The translations under genes were made by a program, and so were the position numbers. Under the pieces are notes generated by a model. The model worked only from the letters and a program-made list of their open reading frames with translations, searched no databases and was not told the DNA's origin. 64,000 nucleotides of DNA, from NCBI RefSeq assembly GCF_009914755.1, contig NC_060928.1. One strand, given 5' to 3'. The DNA comes from the human T2T-CHM13v2.0 reference genome, Homo sapiens. Positions 42,254 to 57,200 of this stretch are shown here, one piece after another. Position 1 is the stretch's first letter, and the number at the start of each line of letters is the position of its first letter.

Positions 42254-45200
42254 ATAATACATACTTTGGGTACTTTGATATTTTATGTACAGTATATAAT
42301 GCATACTTTGGATACTTTGATATTTTATGTACAGTATATAATACATACTTTGGGTACTTTGATATTTTATGTACAGTATGTAATACATAATTTGGGTAAT
42401 TTAATATTTTATTTATAGTATATAATACATACTTTGGGTACCTTGATATTTTATGGACAGTGTATAATACATACTTTGGGTACTCTGATATTTTATGTAC
42501 AGTGTATAATATATAGTTTGGGTACTTTGATAATTTATGTGCAGTATATAGTTTGAGTACTTTGATATTTTATGTACAGTTTATTATCAATGTTTGGTTA
42601 CTTTCACATTTTATGTACAGTATATAATACATAATTTGGGCACTTTGATATTTTATGTACAGTATATAATACATACTTTGGGTACTTTTGTATTTTATGT
42701 ACAGTATATAATACATAGTTTGGGTACTTTGATATTTAATGTATAGTATATAATACACACTTTGCGTACTTTGATATTTTATGTAAAGTATGTAATACAT
42801 ACTTTGGGTACTTTGATATTTTATGTACACTATGTAATACACACTTTGGGTACTTTGATATGTTATGTACAGTATGTAAAACATACTTTGGGTAGTTTGG
42901 TATTTTATGATCAGTATATAATACATATTTTGGGTACTTTGATATTTTATGTACAGTATATAATACATACTTTGGGTACTTTGATAGTTTATGTACAGTA
43001 TATAATGCATAATTTGGATACTTTTATAGTTTATGCACAGTATATAATACATACTTTGGGTACTTTGATATTTTATCTACAGTATATAATGCATACTTTG
43101 GGTACTTTGATAGATTATGTACAGTATACAATACATACTTTGGGTACTTTGATATTTTATGTACAGTATATAATATGTAGTTTGGGTACTTTGATATTTT
43201 AACTACAGTATATAATACATACTTTGGGTACTTTGATATTTTATCTACAGTATATAATACATACTTTGGGTACTTTGACATATCATGTACAGTATATAAT
43301 ACATAGTTTGGGTACTTTGGTATTTTTTGTACAGTATGTAAAACATAATTTGGGGAGTTTGATATTTTATGAACAGTATATAATACACATTTTGGGTACT
43401 TTGATATTTTATGTACAGTATATAATACATACTTTGGGTACTTTGATATTTTATGTGCAGTATATAATACATACTTTGGGTACTTTGATATTTTATGTAC
43501 AGTATATAATACATACATTGGGTACTTCGATATTTTATGTGCAGTACACTATATATAGTTTGGGTACTTTGATATTTTATGTCCAGTATAAAATAAATAG
43601 TTTTGGTACTTTGATATTTTATGTACAGTATATAGTTTGAGTACTTTGATATTTAATGTACAGTTTATTATAAATGTTTGGGTGCTTTCATATTTTATAT
43701 ACAGTATATAATACATACTTTGGGCACTTTGATATTTTATGTACAGTATATAATACATTCTTTGGGTACTTTCATATTTTATGTACGGTATATAATACAT
43801 ACATTGGGTACTTTGATATTTTATGTACAGTATATAATATATAGTTTGGGTACTTTGATATTTTATATACAGTATATAATATATATTATGTGTACTTTGA
43901 TATATTATGTACAGTATATAATATATAGTTTGGGTTGTTTGATATTTTATGTACAGTATATAATATATAGTTTGGGTAGTTTGATATTTTAAGTAGAGTT
44001 TGTAATATATACTTTGTGTAATTTAATATTTTATGTACAGTATACAATATATAGTATTGGTACTTTGATATTTCATGTAAAGTATATAGTTTGAGTACTT
44101 TGATATTTTATATAGAGTTTATTATAAAAGTTTGGGTACCTTCATATTTTATGTACAGTATATAATACATACTTTGGGAACTTTTATTTTATGTGCAGTA
44201 TATAATACATACTTTGGGTACTTTGATATTTTATGTGCAGTATATAATACACACTTTGGGGACTTTGATATTTTATGTACAGTATATAATACACACTTTG
44301 GGTACTTTGATATTTTATGTACAGTATATAATACATACTTGGGTACTTTGATATTTTTTGTACAGTATATAATACATACTTTGGGTACTTTAATATTTTA
44401 TGTATAGTATATAATACATACTTTGTGTAGTTTGATATTTTATGTACAGTATACAATATATAGTTTGAGTACTTTGATATTTTATGTCCAGTATAAAATA
44501 TATAGTTTTCCTAATTGATATTTTATGTACAGAATATAGTTTGAGTACTTTGATATTTTATGTACACTTTATTATAAATGTTTGGGTACTTTCATATTTT
44601 ATGTACAGTATATAATACATACTTTGGTCTCTTTGATGTTTTATGTACAGTATATAATACATACTTTGGGTTCTTTGATATTTTATGTGCAGAATATAAT
44701 GCATAGTTTTAGGTACTTTTATATTTTATGTACAGTATATAATACATACTTTGGGTACTTTGATATTTTATGTACAGTATACAATACATACTTTGGGAAC
44801 TTTGATATTTTATGTACAGTATGTAATACATACTTTGGGTACTTTGATATTTTATGTACAGTATATAATACATATTATTGGTACTTTGATATTTTATGTA
44901 CAGTATACAATATATAGTTTGAGTACTTTGATATTTTATGTCCAGTATAAAATACATAGATTTCATACTTTGATATTTTATGTACAGAATATAGTTTGAG
45001 TACTTTGATATTTTATGTACACTTTATCATAAAAGTTAGGGTACTTTCATATTTTACGTACAGTATATAATACATACTTTGGGCACTTTGATGTTTTATG
45101 TACAGTATATAATACATACTTTGTGTTCTTTGATATGTTATGTACAGCATATAGTACATAATTTGGGGACTTTTATATTTTATGTACATTATATAATACA

Positions 45201-48200
45201 TACTTTGGGTACTTTTATATTTTATGTACGGTATATAATGCATACTTTGGGTACTTTGATATATTATGTACAGTATATAATACATACTTTGCGTACTTTG
45301 ATATATTATGTACAGTATATAATACATACTTAGGGTACTTTGACATTTTATGTACAGTACATAATACATACTTTGGGTACTTTGATATTTTATGTACAGT
45401 ATATAATACATACTTTGTGTACTTTGATATTTTATGTACAGTATAAAATACATATTTTGGGTACTTTTATATTTTATGTACAGTATATAATATATAGTTT
45501 GGGTACTTTGATATTTTATGTACGGTATATAATACATACTTTGGGTACTTTGATATTTTATGTACAGTATATAATACATACTTTTGTACTTTGATATTTT
45601 ATGTACAGTATATAATACATACTTTGGGTACTTTGATATTTAATGTACAGTATATAATACACACTTTGCGTACTTTGATATTTTATGTAAAGTATGTAAT
45701 ACATACTTTGGGTACTTTGATATTTTATGTACAGTATGTAATACACACTTTGGGTACTTTGATATTTTATGTAAAGTATGTAAAACATACTTTGGGTAGT
45801 TTGGTATTTTATGATCATTATATAATACATATTTTGGGTACTTTGATATTTTATGTACAGTATATAATACATACTTTGGGTACTTTGATATTTTATGTAC
45901 AGTATATAATGCATACTTTGGATACTTTGATATTTTATGTACAGTATATAATACATACTTTGGGTACTTTGATATTTTATGTACAGTATGTAATACATAA
46001 TTTGGGTAATTTAATATTTTATTTATAGTATATAATACATACTTTGGGTACCTTGATATTTTATGGACAGTGTATAATACATACTTTGGGTACTCTGATA
46101 TTTTATGTACAGTGTATAATATATAGTTTGGGTACTTTGATAATTTATGTGCAGTATATAGTTTGAGTACTTTGATATTTTATGTACAGTTTATTATCAA
46201 TGTTTGGTTACTTTCACATTTTATGTACAGTATATAATACATAATTTGGGCACTTTGATATTTTATGTACAGTATATAATACATACTTTGGGTACTTTTG
46301 TATTTTATGTACAGTATATAATACATAGTTTGGGTACTTTGATATTTAATGTATAGTATATAATACACACTTTGCGTACTTTGATATTTTATGTAAAGTA
46401 TGTAATACATACTTTGGGTACTTTGATATTTTATGTACACTATGTAATACACACTTTGGGTACTTTGATATGTTATGTACAGTATGTAAAACATACTTTG
46501 GGTAGTTTGGTATTTTATGATCAGTATATAATACATACTTTGGGTACTTTGATATTTTATGTACAGTATATAATACATACTTTGGGTACTTTGATAGTTT
46601 ATGTACAGTATAAAATACATATTTTGGGTACTTTTATATTTTATGTACAGTATATAATATATAGTTTGGGTACTTTGATATTTTATGTACGGTATATAAT
46701 ACATACTTTGGGTACTTTGATATTTTATGTACAGTATATAATACATACTTTTGTACTTTGATATTTTATGTACAGTTTATAATACATACTTTGGGTACTT
46801 TGATATTTAATGTACAGTATATAATACACAGTTTGCGTACTTTGATATTTTATGTAAAGTATGTAATACATACTTTGGGTACTTTGATATTTTATGTACA
46901 GTATGTAATACACACTTTGGGTACTTTGATATTTTATGTAAAGTATGTAAAACATACTTTGGGTAGTTTGGTATTTTATGATCATTATATAATACATATT
47001 TTGGGTACTTTGATATTTTATGTACAGTATATAATACATACTTTGGGTACTTTGATATTTTATGTACAGTATATAATGCATACTTTGGATACTTTGATAT
47101 TTTATGTACAGTATATAATACATACTTTGGGTACTTTGATATTTTATGTACAGTATGTAATACATAATTTGGGTAATTTAATATTTTATTTATAGTATAT
47201 AATACATACTTTGGGTACCTTGATATTTTATGGACAGTGTATAATACATACTTTGGGTACTCTGATATTTTATGTACAGTGTATAATATATAGTTTGGGT
47301 ACTTTGATAATTTATGTGCAGTATATAGTTTGAGTACTTTGATATTTTATGTACAGTTTATTATCAATGTTTGGTTACTTTCACATTTTATGTACAGTAT
47401 ATAATACATAATTTGGGCACTTTGATATTTTATGTACAGTATATAATACATACTTTGGGTACTTTTGTATTTTATGTACAGTATATAATACATAGTTTGG
47501 GTACTTTGATATTTAATGTATAGTATATAATACACACTTTGCGTACTTTGATATTTTATGTAAAGTATGTAATACATACTTTGGGTACTTTGATATTTTA
47601 TGTACACTATGTAATACACACTTTGGGTACTTTGATATGTTATGTACAGTATGTAAAACATACTTTGGGTAGTTTGGTATTTTATGATCAGTATATAATA
47701 CATATTTTGGGTACTTTGATATTTTATGTACAGTATATAATACATACTTTGGGTACTTTGATAGTTTATGTACAGTATATAATGCATAATTTGGATACTT
47801 TTATAGTTTATGCACAGTATATAATACATACTTTGGGTACTTTGATATTTTATCTACAGTATAAAATGCATACTTTGGGTACTTTGATAGTTTATGTACA
47901 GTATACAATACATACTTTGGGTACTTTGATATTTTATGTACAGTATATAATATGTAGTTTGGGTACTTTGATATTTTAACTACAGTATATAATACATACT
48001 TTGGGTACTTTGATATTTTATCTACAGTATATAATACATACTTTGGGTACTTTGACATATCATGTACAGTATATAATACATAGTTTGGGTACTTTGGTAT
48101 TTTTTGTACAGTATGTAAAACATAATTTGGGGAGTTTGATATTTTATGAACAGTATATAATACACATTTTGGGTACTTTGATATTTTATGTACAGTATAT

Positions 48201-50676
48201 AATACATACTTTGGGTACTTTGATATTTTATGTACAGTATATAATACATAGTTTGGGTACTTTGATATTTTATGTACAGTATATAATACATACATTGGGT
48301 ACTTCGATATTTTATGTGCAGTACACTATATATAGTTTGGGTACTTTGATATTTTATGTCCAGTATAAAATAAATAGTTTTGGTACTTTGATATTTTATG
48401 TACAGTATATAGTTTGAGTACTTTGATATTTAATGTACAGTTTATTATAAATGTTTGGGTGCTTTCATATTTTATATACAGTATATAATACATACTTTGG
48501 GCACTTTGATATTTTATGTACAGTATATAATACATTCTTTGGGTACTTTCATATTTTATGTACGGTATATAATACATACATTGGGTACTTTGATATTTTA
48601 TGTACAGTATATAATATATAGTTTGGGTACTTTGATATTTTATATACAGTATATAATATATATTATGTGTACTTTGATATATTATGTACAGTATATAATA
48701 TATAGTTTGGGTTGTTTGATATTTTATGTACAGTATATAATATATAGTTTGGGTAGTTTGATATTTTAAGTAGAGTTTGTAATATATACTTTGTGTAATT
48801 TAATATTTTATGTACAGTATACAATATATAGTATTGGTACTTTGATATTTCATGTAAAGTATATAGTTTGAGTACTTTGATATTTTATATAGAGTTTATT
48901 ATAAAAGTTTGGGTACCTTCATATTTTATGTACAGTATATAATACATACTTTGGGAACTTTTATTTTATGTGCAGTATATAATACATACTTTGGGTACTT
49001 TGATATTTTATGTGCAGTATATAATACACACTTTGGGGACTTTGATATTTTATGTACAGTATATAATACACACTTTGGGTACTTTGATATTTTATGTACA
49101 GTATATAATACATACTTGGGTACTTTGATATTTTTTGTACAGTATATAATACATACTTTGGGTACTTTAATATTTTATGTATAGTATATAATACATACTT
49201 TGTGTAGTTTGATATTTTATGTACAGTATACAATATATAGTTTGAGTAGTTTGATATTTTATGTCCAGTATAAAATATATAGTTTTCCTGATTGATATTT
49301 TATGTACAGAATATAGTTTGAGTACTTTGATATTTTATGTACACTTTATTATAAATGTTTGGGTACTTTCATATTTTATGTACAGTATATAATACATACT
49401 TTGGTCTCTTTGATGTTTTATGTACAGTATATAATACATACTTTTGGTTCTTTGATATTTTATGTGCAGAATATAATGCATAGTTTTAGGTACTTTTATA
49501 TTTTATGTACAGTATATAATACATACTTTGGGTACTTTGATATTTTATGTACAGTATACAATACATACTTTGGGAACTTTGATATTTTATGTACAGTATG
49601 TAATACATACTTTGGGTACTTTGATATTTTATGTACAGTATATAATACATATTATTGGTACTTTGATATTTTATGTACAGTATACAATATATAGTTTGAG
49701 TACTTTGATATTTTATGTCCAGTATAAAATACATAGATTTCATACTTTGATATTTTATGTACAGAATATAGTTTGAGTACTTTGATATTTTATGTACACT
49801 TTATCATAAAAGTTAGGGTACTTTCATATTTTACGTACAGTATATAATACATACTTTGGGCACTTTGATGTTTTATGTACAGTATATAATACATACTTTG
49901 TGTTCTTTGATATGTTATGTACAGCATATAGTACATAATTTGGGGACTTTTATATTTTATGTACATTATATAATACATACTTTGGGTACTTTTATATTTT
50001 ATGTACGGTATATAATGCATACTTTGGGTACTTTGATATATTATGTACAGTATATAATACATACTTTGCGTACTTTGATATATTATGTACAGTATATAAT
50101 ACATACTTAGGGTACTTTGACATTTTATGTACAGTACATAATACATACTTTGGGTACTTTGATATTTTATGTACAGTATATAATACATACTTTGTGTACT
50201 TTGATATTTTATGTACAGTATAAAATACATATTTTGGGTACTTTTATATTTTATGTACAGTATATAATATATAGTTTGGGTACTTTGATATTTTATGTAC
50301 GGTATATAATACATACTTTGGGTACTTTGATATTTTATGTACAGTATATAATACATACTTTTGTACTTTGATATTTTATGTACAGTATATAATACATACT
50401 TTGGGTACTTTGATATTTAATGTACAGTATATAATACACACTTTGCGTACTTTGATATTTTATGTAAAGTATGTAATACATACTTTGGGTACTTTGATAT
50501 TTTATGTACAGTATGTAATACACACTTTGGGTACTTTGATATTTTATGTAAAGTATGTAAAACATACTTTGGGTAGTTTGGTATTTTATGATCATTATAT
50601 AATACATATTTTGGGTACTTTGATATTTTATGTACAGTATATAATACATACTTTGGGTACTTTGATATTTTATGTA
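42254..50676 (+). repeat. Nested tandem duplication: a 3610-bp unit plus a 1167-bp duplication across its junction (apparent period 4777 bp)
   Basis: Offsets of 4777 (42570/47347, 43224/48001, 44132/48909, 45591/50368), 3610 (42570/46180) and 1167 (45591/46758, 46180/47347). The private cassette TTATTATCAATGTTTGGTTACTTTCAC occurs three times (~42581, ~46191, ~47358). Confidence 0.9.
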
Positions 50677-51209
50677 TAGTATATAATGCATAATTTGGGT
50701 ACTTCAATAGTTTATGCACAGCATATAATACATATTTTGGGTAATTTGATATTTTATGTACAGTATATAATGCATACTTTGGGTACTTTGATAGTTTATG
50801 TACAGTATACAATACATACTTTGGGTACTTTGATATTTTTTGTACAGTATATAATATGTAGTTTGGGTACTTTGATATTTTAACTGCAGTATATAATACA
50901 TACTTTGGGTACTTTGATATTTTATCTACAGTATATAATAGATACTTTGGGTACTTTGATATATTATGTACAGTATATAATACATAGTTTGGTTACTTTG
51001 ATATTTTTTGTACAGTATGTAAATCATACTATGGGGAGTTTGATATTTTATGAAAAGTATATAATACACATTTTGGGTACTTTGATATTTTATGTACGGT
51101 ATATAATACATACTTTGGGTACTTTGATATTTTATGTACAGTATATAATTCATACTTTGGGTACTTTGATATTTTATGTACAGTATATAATACATACATT
51201 GGGTACTTC

Positions 51210-54200
51210 GATATTTTATGTGCAGTAACCTATGTATAGTTTGGGTACTTTGATATTTTATGTCCAGTATAAAATAAATAGTTTTGGTACTTGGATATTT
51301 TATGTACAGTATATAGTTTGAGTACTTTCATATTTAATGTTCAGTTTATTATAAATGTTTGGGTGCTTTCATATTTTATATACAGTATATAATACATACT
51401 TTGGGCACTTTGATATTTTCTGTACAGTATATAATACATACTTTGGGTACTTTGATATTTTATGTACAGTATATAATATATAGTTTGGTTACTTTGATAT
51501 TTTATATACAGTATATAATATATATTATCTGTACTTTGATAAATTATGTACAGTATATAATATATAGTATGGGTTGTTTGATATTTTATGTACAGTATAT
51601 AATATATAGTTTGGGTAGTTTGATATTTTTAGTACAGTATGTAATATATAGTTTGTTTTATTTGATATTTTATGTACAGTATACAATATATAGTGTTGGT
51701 ACTTTGATATTTCATGTAAAGTATATAATTTGAGTACTTTGATATTTTATATGCAGTTTATTATAAATGTTTGGGTACCTTCATATTTTATGTACAGTAT
51801 ATAATACATACTTTGGGAACTTTTATTTTATGTGCAGTATATAATACATACTTTGGGTACTTTGATATTTTATGTACAGTATATAATATATACTTTGGGA
51901 ACTTTGATATTTTATGTACAGTATGTAAAACATACTTCGGGTACTTTGATATTTTATGTACAGTACATAATACATACTATTGGTACTTTGATATTTTATG
52001 TACATTATACAATATATAGTTTGAGTACTTTGATATTTTATGTCCAGGATAAAATATATAGATTTCATACTTTAATATTTTATGTACAGAAGATAGTTTG
52101 AGTACTTTGATATTGTATGTACACTTTATTATAAAAGTTTGGGTACTTTCATATTTTACGTACAGTACATAATACACACTTTGGGCACTTTGATGTTTTA
52201 TGTACAGTATATAATACATACTTTAGGTTCTTTTATATTTTATGTACAGCATATAATACAAAATTTGGGGACTTTTATATTTTATGTACATTATATAATA
52301 CATACTTTGGGTACTTTTATATTTTATGTACGGTATATAATACATACTTTGGGTACTTTGATATATTATGTACAGTATATAATACATACTTAGGGTACTT
52401 TGACATTTTATGTACTGTATATAATACATACTTTGGGTACTTTGATATTTTATGAACAGTATATAAAACATACTTTGGGTACTTTGATATTTTATGTACT
52501 GTATATAATACATACTTTGGGTACTTTTATATTTTATGTACAGTATATAATATATAGTTTGGGTACTTTGATATTTTATGTACGGTATATAATACATACG
52601 TTGGGTACTTTGATATTTTATGTATAGTATATAATACATTCTTTGGGTACTTTGATATTGTATGTACAGTATACAATATATAGTTTGAGTACTTTGATAT
52701 TTTATGTACTGTATAAAATATATAGTTTTGGTACTTTGATATTTTATGTATAGTATATAGTTTGAGTACTTTGATATTTTATGTACAGTTTTTTATAAAT
52801 ATTTGGGTGCTTTCATATTTTATGTACAGTATATAATACATACAAAGCGCACTTTGATATTTTATGTACAGTATATAATACATACTTTGGGTACTCTGAT
52901 ATTTTATGTACAGTGTATAATACATACTTTGGGTACTTTGATATTTTATGTACAATATATAATACATACGTTGGGAACTTTGATATATTATGTACAGTAT
53001 ATAATTCATACTTTGGGTACTTTGATATTTTATGTACAGTATATAATACATAGTTTGTGTACTTTGATATTTTATGTACAGTATATAATACATACTTTGG
53101 GTACTTTGATATTTTATATACAGTATATAATACATACTTTGGGTACTTTCATATTTTATGTACAGTATATAATACATACTTTGGGTAGTTTGATATTTTA
53201 TGTACAGTATACAATATATAGTTTGAGTACTTTGATATTTTATGTGCAGTATAAAATATATAGTTTTGGTACTTTGATATTTTATGTACAGTTTATAGTT
53301 TGAATACTTTGATATTTTATGTACAGTTTATTATAAATGTTTGGGTACTTTCATATTTGATGTACAGTATATAATACATAATCTGGGCACTTTGATATTT
53401 TATGTGCAGTATATAATACATACTTTGGGTACTTTGATATTTTATGTACAGTATATAATACATACTTTGGGTATCTTGATATTTTATGTACAGTATATAA
53501 TGCATACTTTGGGTTCTTTGATATTTTATGTACAGTATATAATGCATACTTTGAGTACTTTGATATTTTATATACAGTATATAATACATACTTTGGGTAC
53601 TTTCATATTTTATGTACAGTATATAATACATACTTTGTGTAGTTTCATATTTTATGTACAGTATACAATATATAGTTTGAGTACTTTGATATTTTATGTC
53701 CAGTATAAAATATATAGTTTTCGTAATTGATATTTTATGTACAGAATATAGTTTGAGTACTTTGATATTTTATGTACACTTTATTATAAATGTTTGGGTA
53801 CTTTCATATTTTATGTACAGTATATAATACATACTTTGGTCTCTTTGATGTTTTATGTACAGTATATAATACATACTTTGGGTTCTTTGATATTTTATGT
53901 ATAGTATATAATACATACTTTGGGTACTTTGATATTGTATGTACAGTATACAATATATAGTTTGAGTACTTTGATATTTTATGTACTGTATAAAATATAT
54001 AGTTTTGGTACTTTGATATTTTATGTATAGTATATAGTTTGAGAACTTTGATATTTTATGTACAGTTTTTTATAAATATTTGGGTGCTTTCTTATTTTAT
54101 GTACAGTATATAATACATACTAAGCGCACTTTGATATTTTATGTACAGTATAGAATACATACTTTGGTTACTCTGATATTTTATGTACAGTGTATAATAC

Positions 54201-57200
54201 ATACTTTGGGTACTTTGATATTTTATGTACAATATATAATACATACGTTGGGAACTTTGATATATTATGTACAGTATATAATTCATACTTTGGGTACTTT
54301 GATATTTTATGTACAGTATATAATGCATAGTTTGTGTACTTTGATATTTTATGTACAGTATATAATACATACTTTGGGTACTTTGATATTTTATATACAG
54401 TATATAATACATACTTTGGGTACTTTCATATTTTATGTACAGTATATAATATATAGTTTGGGTACTTTGATATTTTATCTACAGCTTCTAATACATACTT
54501 TGGGTACTTTGATATTTTATGTACAGTATATAATACATACTTTGGGTAGTTTGATATTTTATGTATAGTATACAATATATAGTTTGAGTACTTTCATATT
54601 TTATCTGCAGTATAAAATATATAGTTTTGGTACTTTGACATTTTATGTACAGTTTATAGTTTGAGTACTTTGATATTTTATGTACAGTTTATTATAAATG
54701 TTTGGGTACTTTCATATTTGATGTACAGTATATAATACATAATTTGGGCACTTTGATATTTTATGTACAGTATATAATACATACTTTGGGTACTTTTATA
54801 TTTTATGTTCAGTATATAATACATAATTTGGGAACTTTGATATTTAATGTACAGTATATAATACACACTTTGCGTACTTTGATATTTTATGTAAAGCATG
54901 TAATACATACTTTGGGCACTTTGATATTTTATGTACAGTATGTAATACACACTTTGGGTACTTTGATATTTTATGTACAGTATGTAAAAGATACTTTGGG
55001 TAGTTTGATATATTATGTACAGTATATAATACATACTTTGGGTACTCTGATATTTTATGTACAGTGTATAATACATACTTTGGGTACTTTGATATTTTAT
55101 GTACAGTATATAATACATACATTGGGTACTTTGATATATTATGTACAGTATATAATACTTGGGGTACTTTGATATTTTATGTACAGTATATAATACATAC
55201 TTTGTGTACTTTGATATTTTATGTACAGTATATAATACATACTTTGGGTACTTTGATATTTTATGTACAGTATATAATACATACTTTGGGTATCTTGATA
55301 TTTTATATACAGTATATAATGCATACTTTGGGTACTTTGATATTTTATGTACAGTATATAATGCATACTTTGAGTACTTTGATATTTTATGTACAGCATG
55401 TAATACATACTTTGGGTACTTTGATATTTTTTGTACAGTATGTAATACATAATTTGGGTACTTTAATATTTTATGTATAGTATATAATACATACTTCGGG
55501 TTCTTTGATATTTTATGTACAGTATATAATACATACATTGGGTACCTTCATATTTCATGTACAGTATATAATATATAGTTTGGATACTTTGGTATATTAT
55601 GTACTGTATATAATACATACTTTGAGTACTTTGATATTTTATGTACAGCATATAATACATACTTTGCGTACTTTGATATTTTATGTCCAGTATAGAATAT
55701 ATAGTTTTGGTAGTTTGATATTTTATGTGCAGTATATAGTTTGAGTACTTTCACATTTTATGTACAGTTTATTATAAATGTTTGGGTGTTTTCATATTTT
55801 ATGTACTGTATATAATACATACATTGGGCACTTTGATATATTATGTACAGTATATCATACATACTTTGGGTACTCTGATATTTTATGTACAGTATATAAT
55901 ACACACCTTGGGTACTTTGATATTTTATGTACAGGATATAATGCATACTTTGGGTACTTTGATAGTTTATGTACAGTATATAATACATACTTTGGGTACT
56001 TTGATATTCTATGTATAGTATAAAATATACAGTTTGGGTACTTTGATATTTTATGTACAGTATGTAAAACATACTTTGGGGAGTTTGATATTTTATGTAC
56101 AGTATGTAAAACATACTTTGGGGAGTTTGATATTTTATGAACAGTATATAATACACATTTTGTGTACTTTGATATTTTATGTACAGTATATAATACATAC
56201 TTTGGGTACTTTGATATTTTATGTACAGTATATAATACATACTTTGGGTACTTTGATATTTTATGTACAGTATACAATATATAGTTTGAGTACTTTGATA
56301 TTTTATGTACTGTATAAAATATATAGTTTTGGTACTTTGATATTTTATGTACAGTATATAGTTTGAGTACTTTGATATTTTATGTACAGTTTGTTATAAA
56401 TATTTGGGTGCTTTCATATTTTATGTACTGTATATAATACATGCTTTAGGCACTTTGATATTTTATGTACAGTATATAATACATACTTTGGGTACTCTGA
56501 TATTTTATGTACAGTGTATAATACATACTTTGGGTACTTTGATATTTTATGTACAGTATATAATGCATACATTGGGTACTTTGATATATTATGTACAGTA
56601 TATAATACTTACTTGGGGTACTTTGATATTTTATGTACAGTATATAATACATAGCTTGTGTACTTTGATATTTTATGTACAGTATATAATACATACTATT
56701 GGTACTTTGATATTTTATGTACAGTATACAATATATTGTTTGAGTACTTTGATATTTTATGTCCAGTATAAAATATATAGATTTCGTACTTTGATATTTT
56801 ATGTACAGAATATAGTTTGAATACTTTGATATTTTATGTACACTTTATTATAAAAGTTTGGGTACTTTCATATTTTACGTACAGTATGTAATACATACTT
56901 TGGGCACTTTGATGTTTTATGCACAGTATATAATACATACTTTGGGTACTTTTATATTTTATGTACAGTATATAATACATAGTTTGGGTACTTTGATATT
57001 TAATATACAGTATAAAATGCACACTTTGCGTACTTTGATATTTTATGTAAAGTATGTAATACATACTTTGGGTAGTTTGATATTTTATGTACAGTATGTA
57101 ATACACACATTGGGTACTTTGATATTTTATGTACAGTATGTAAAACATACTTTGGGTAGTTTGATATTTTATGATCAGTATATAATACACATTTTGGGTA

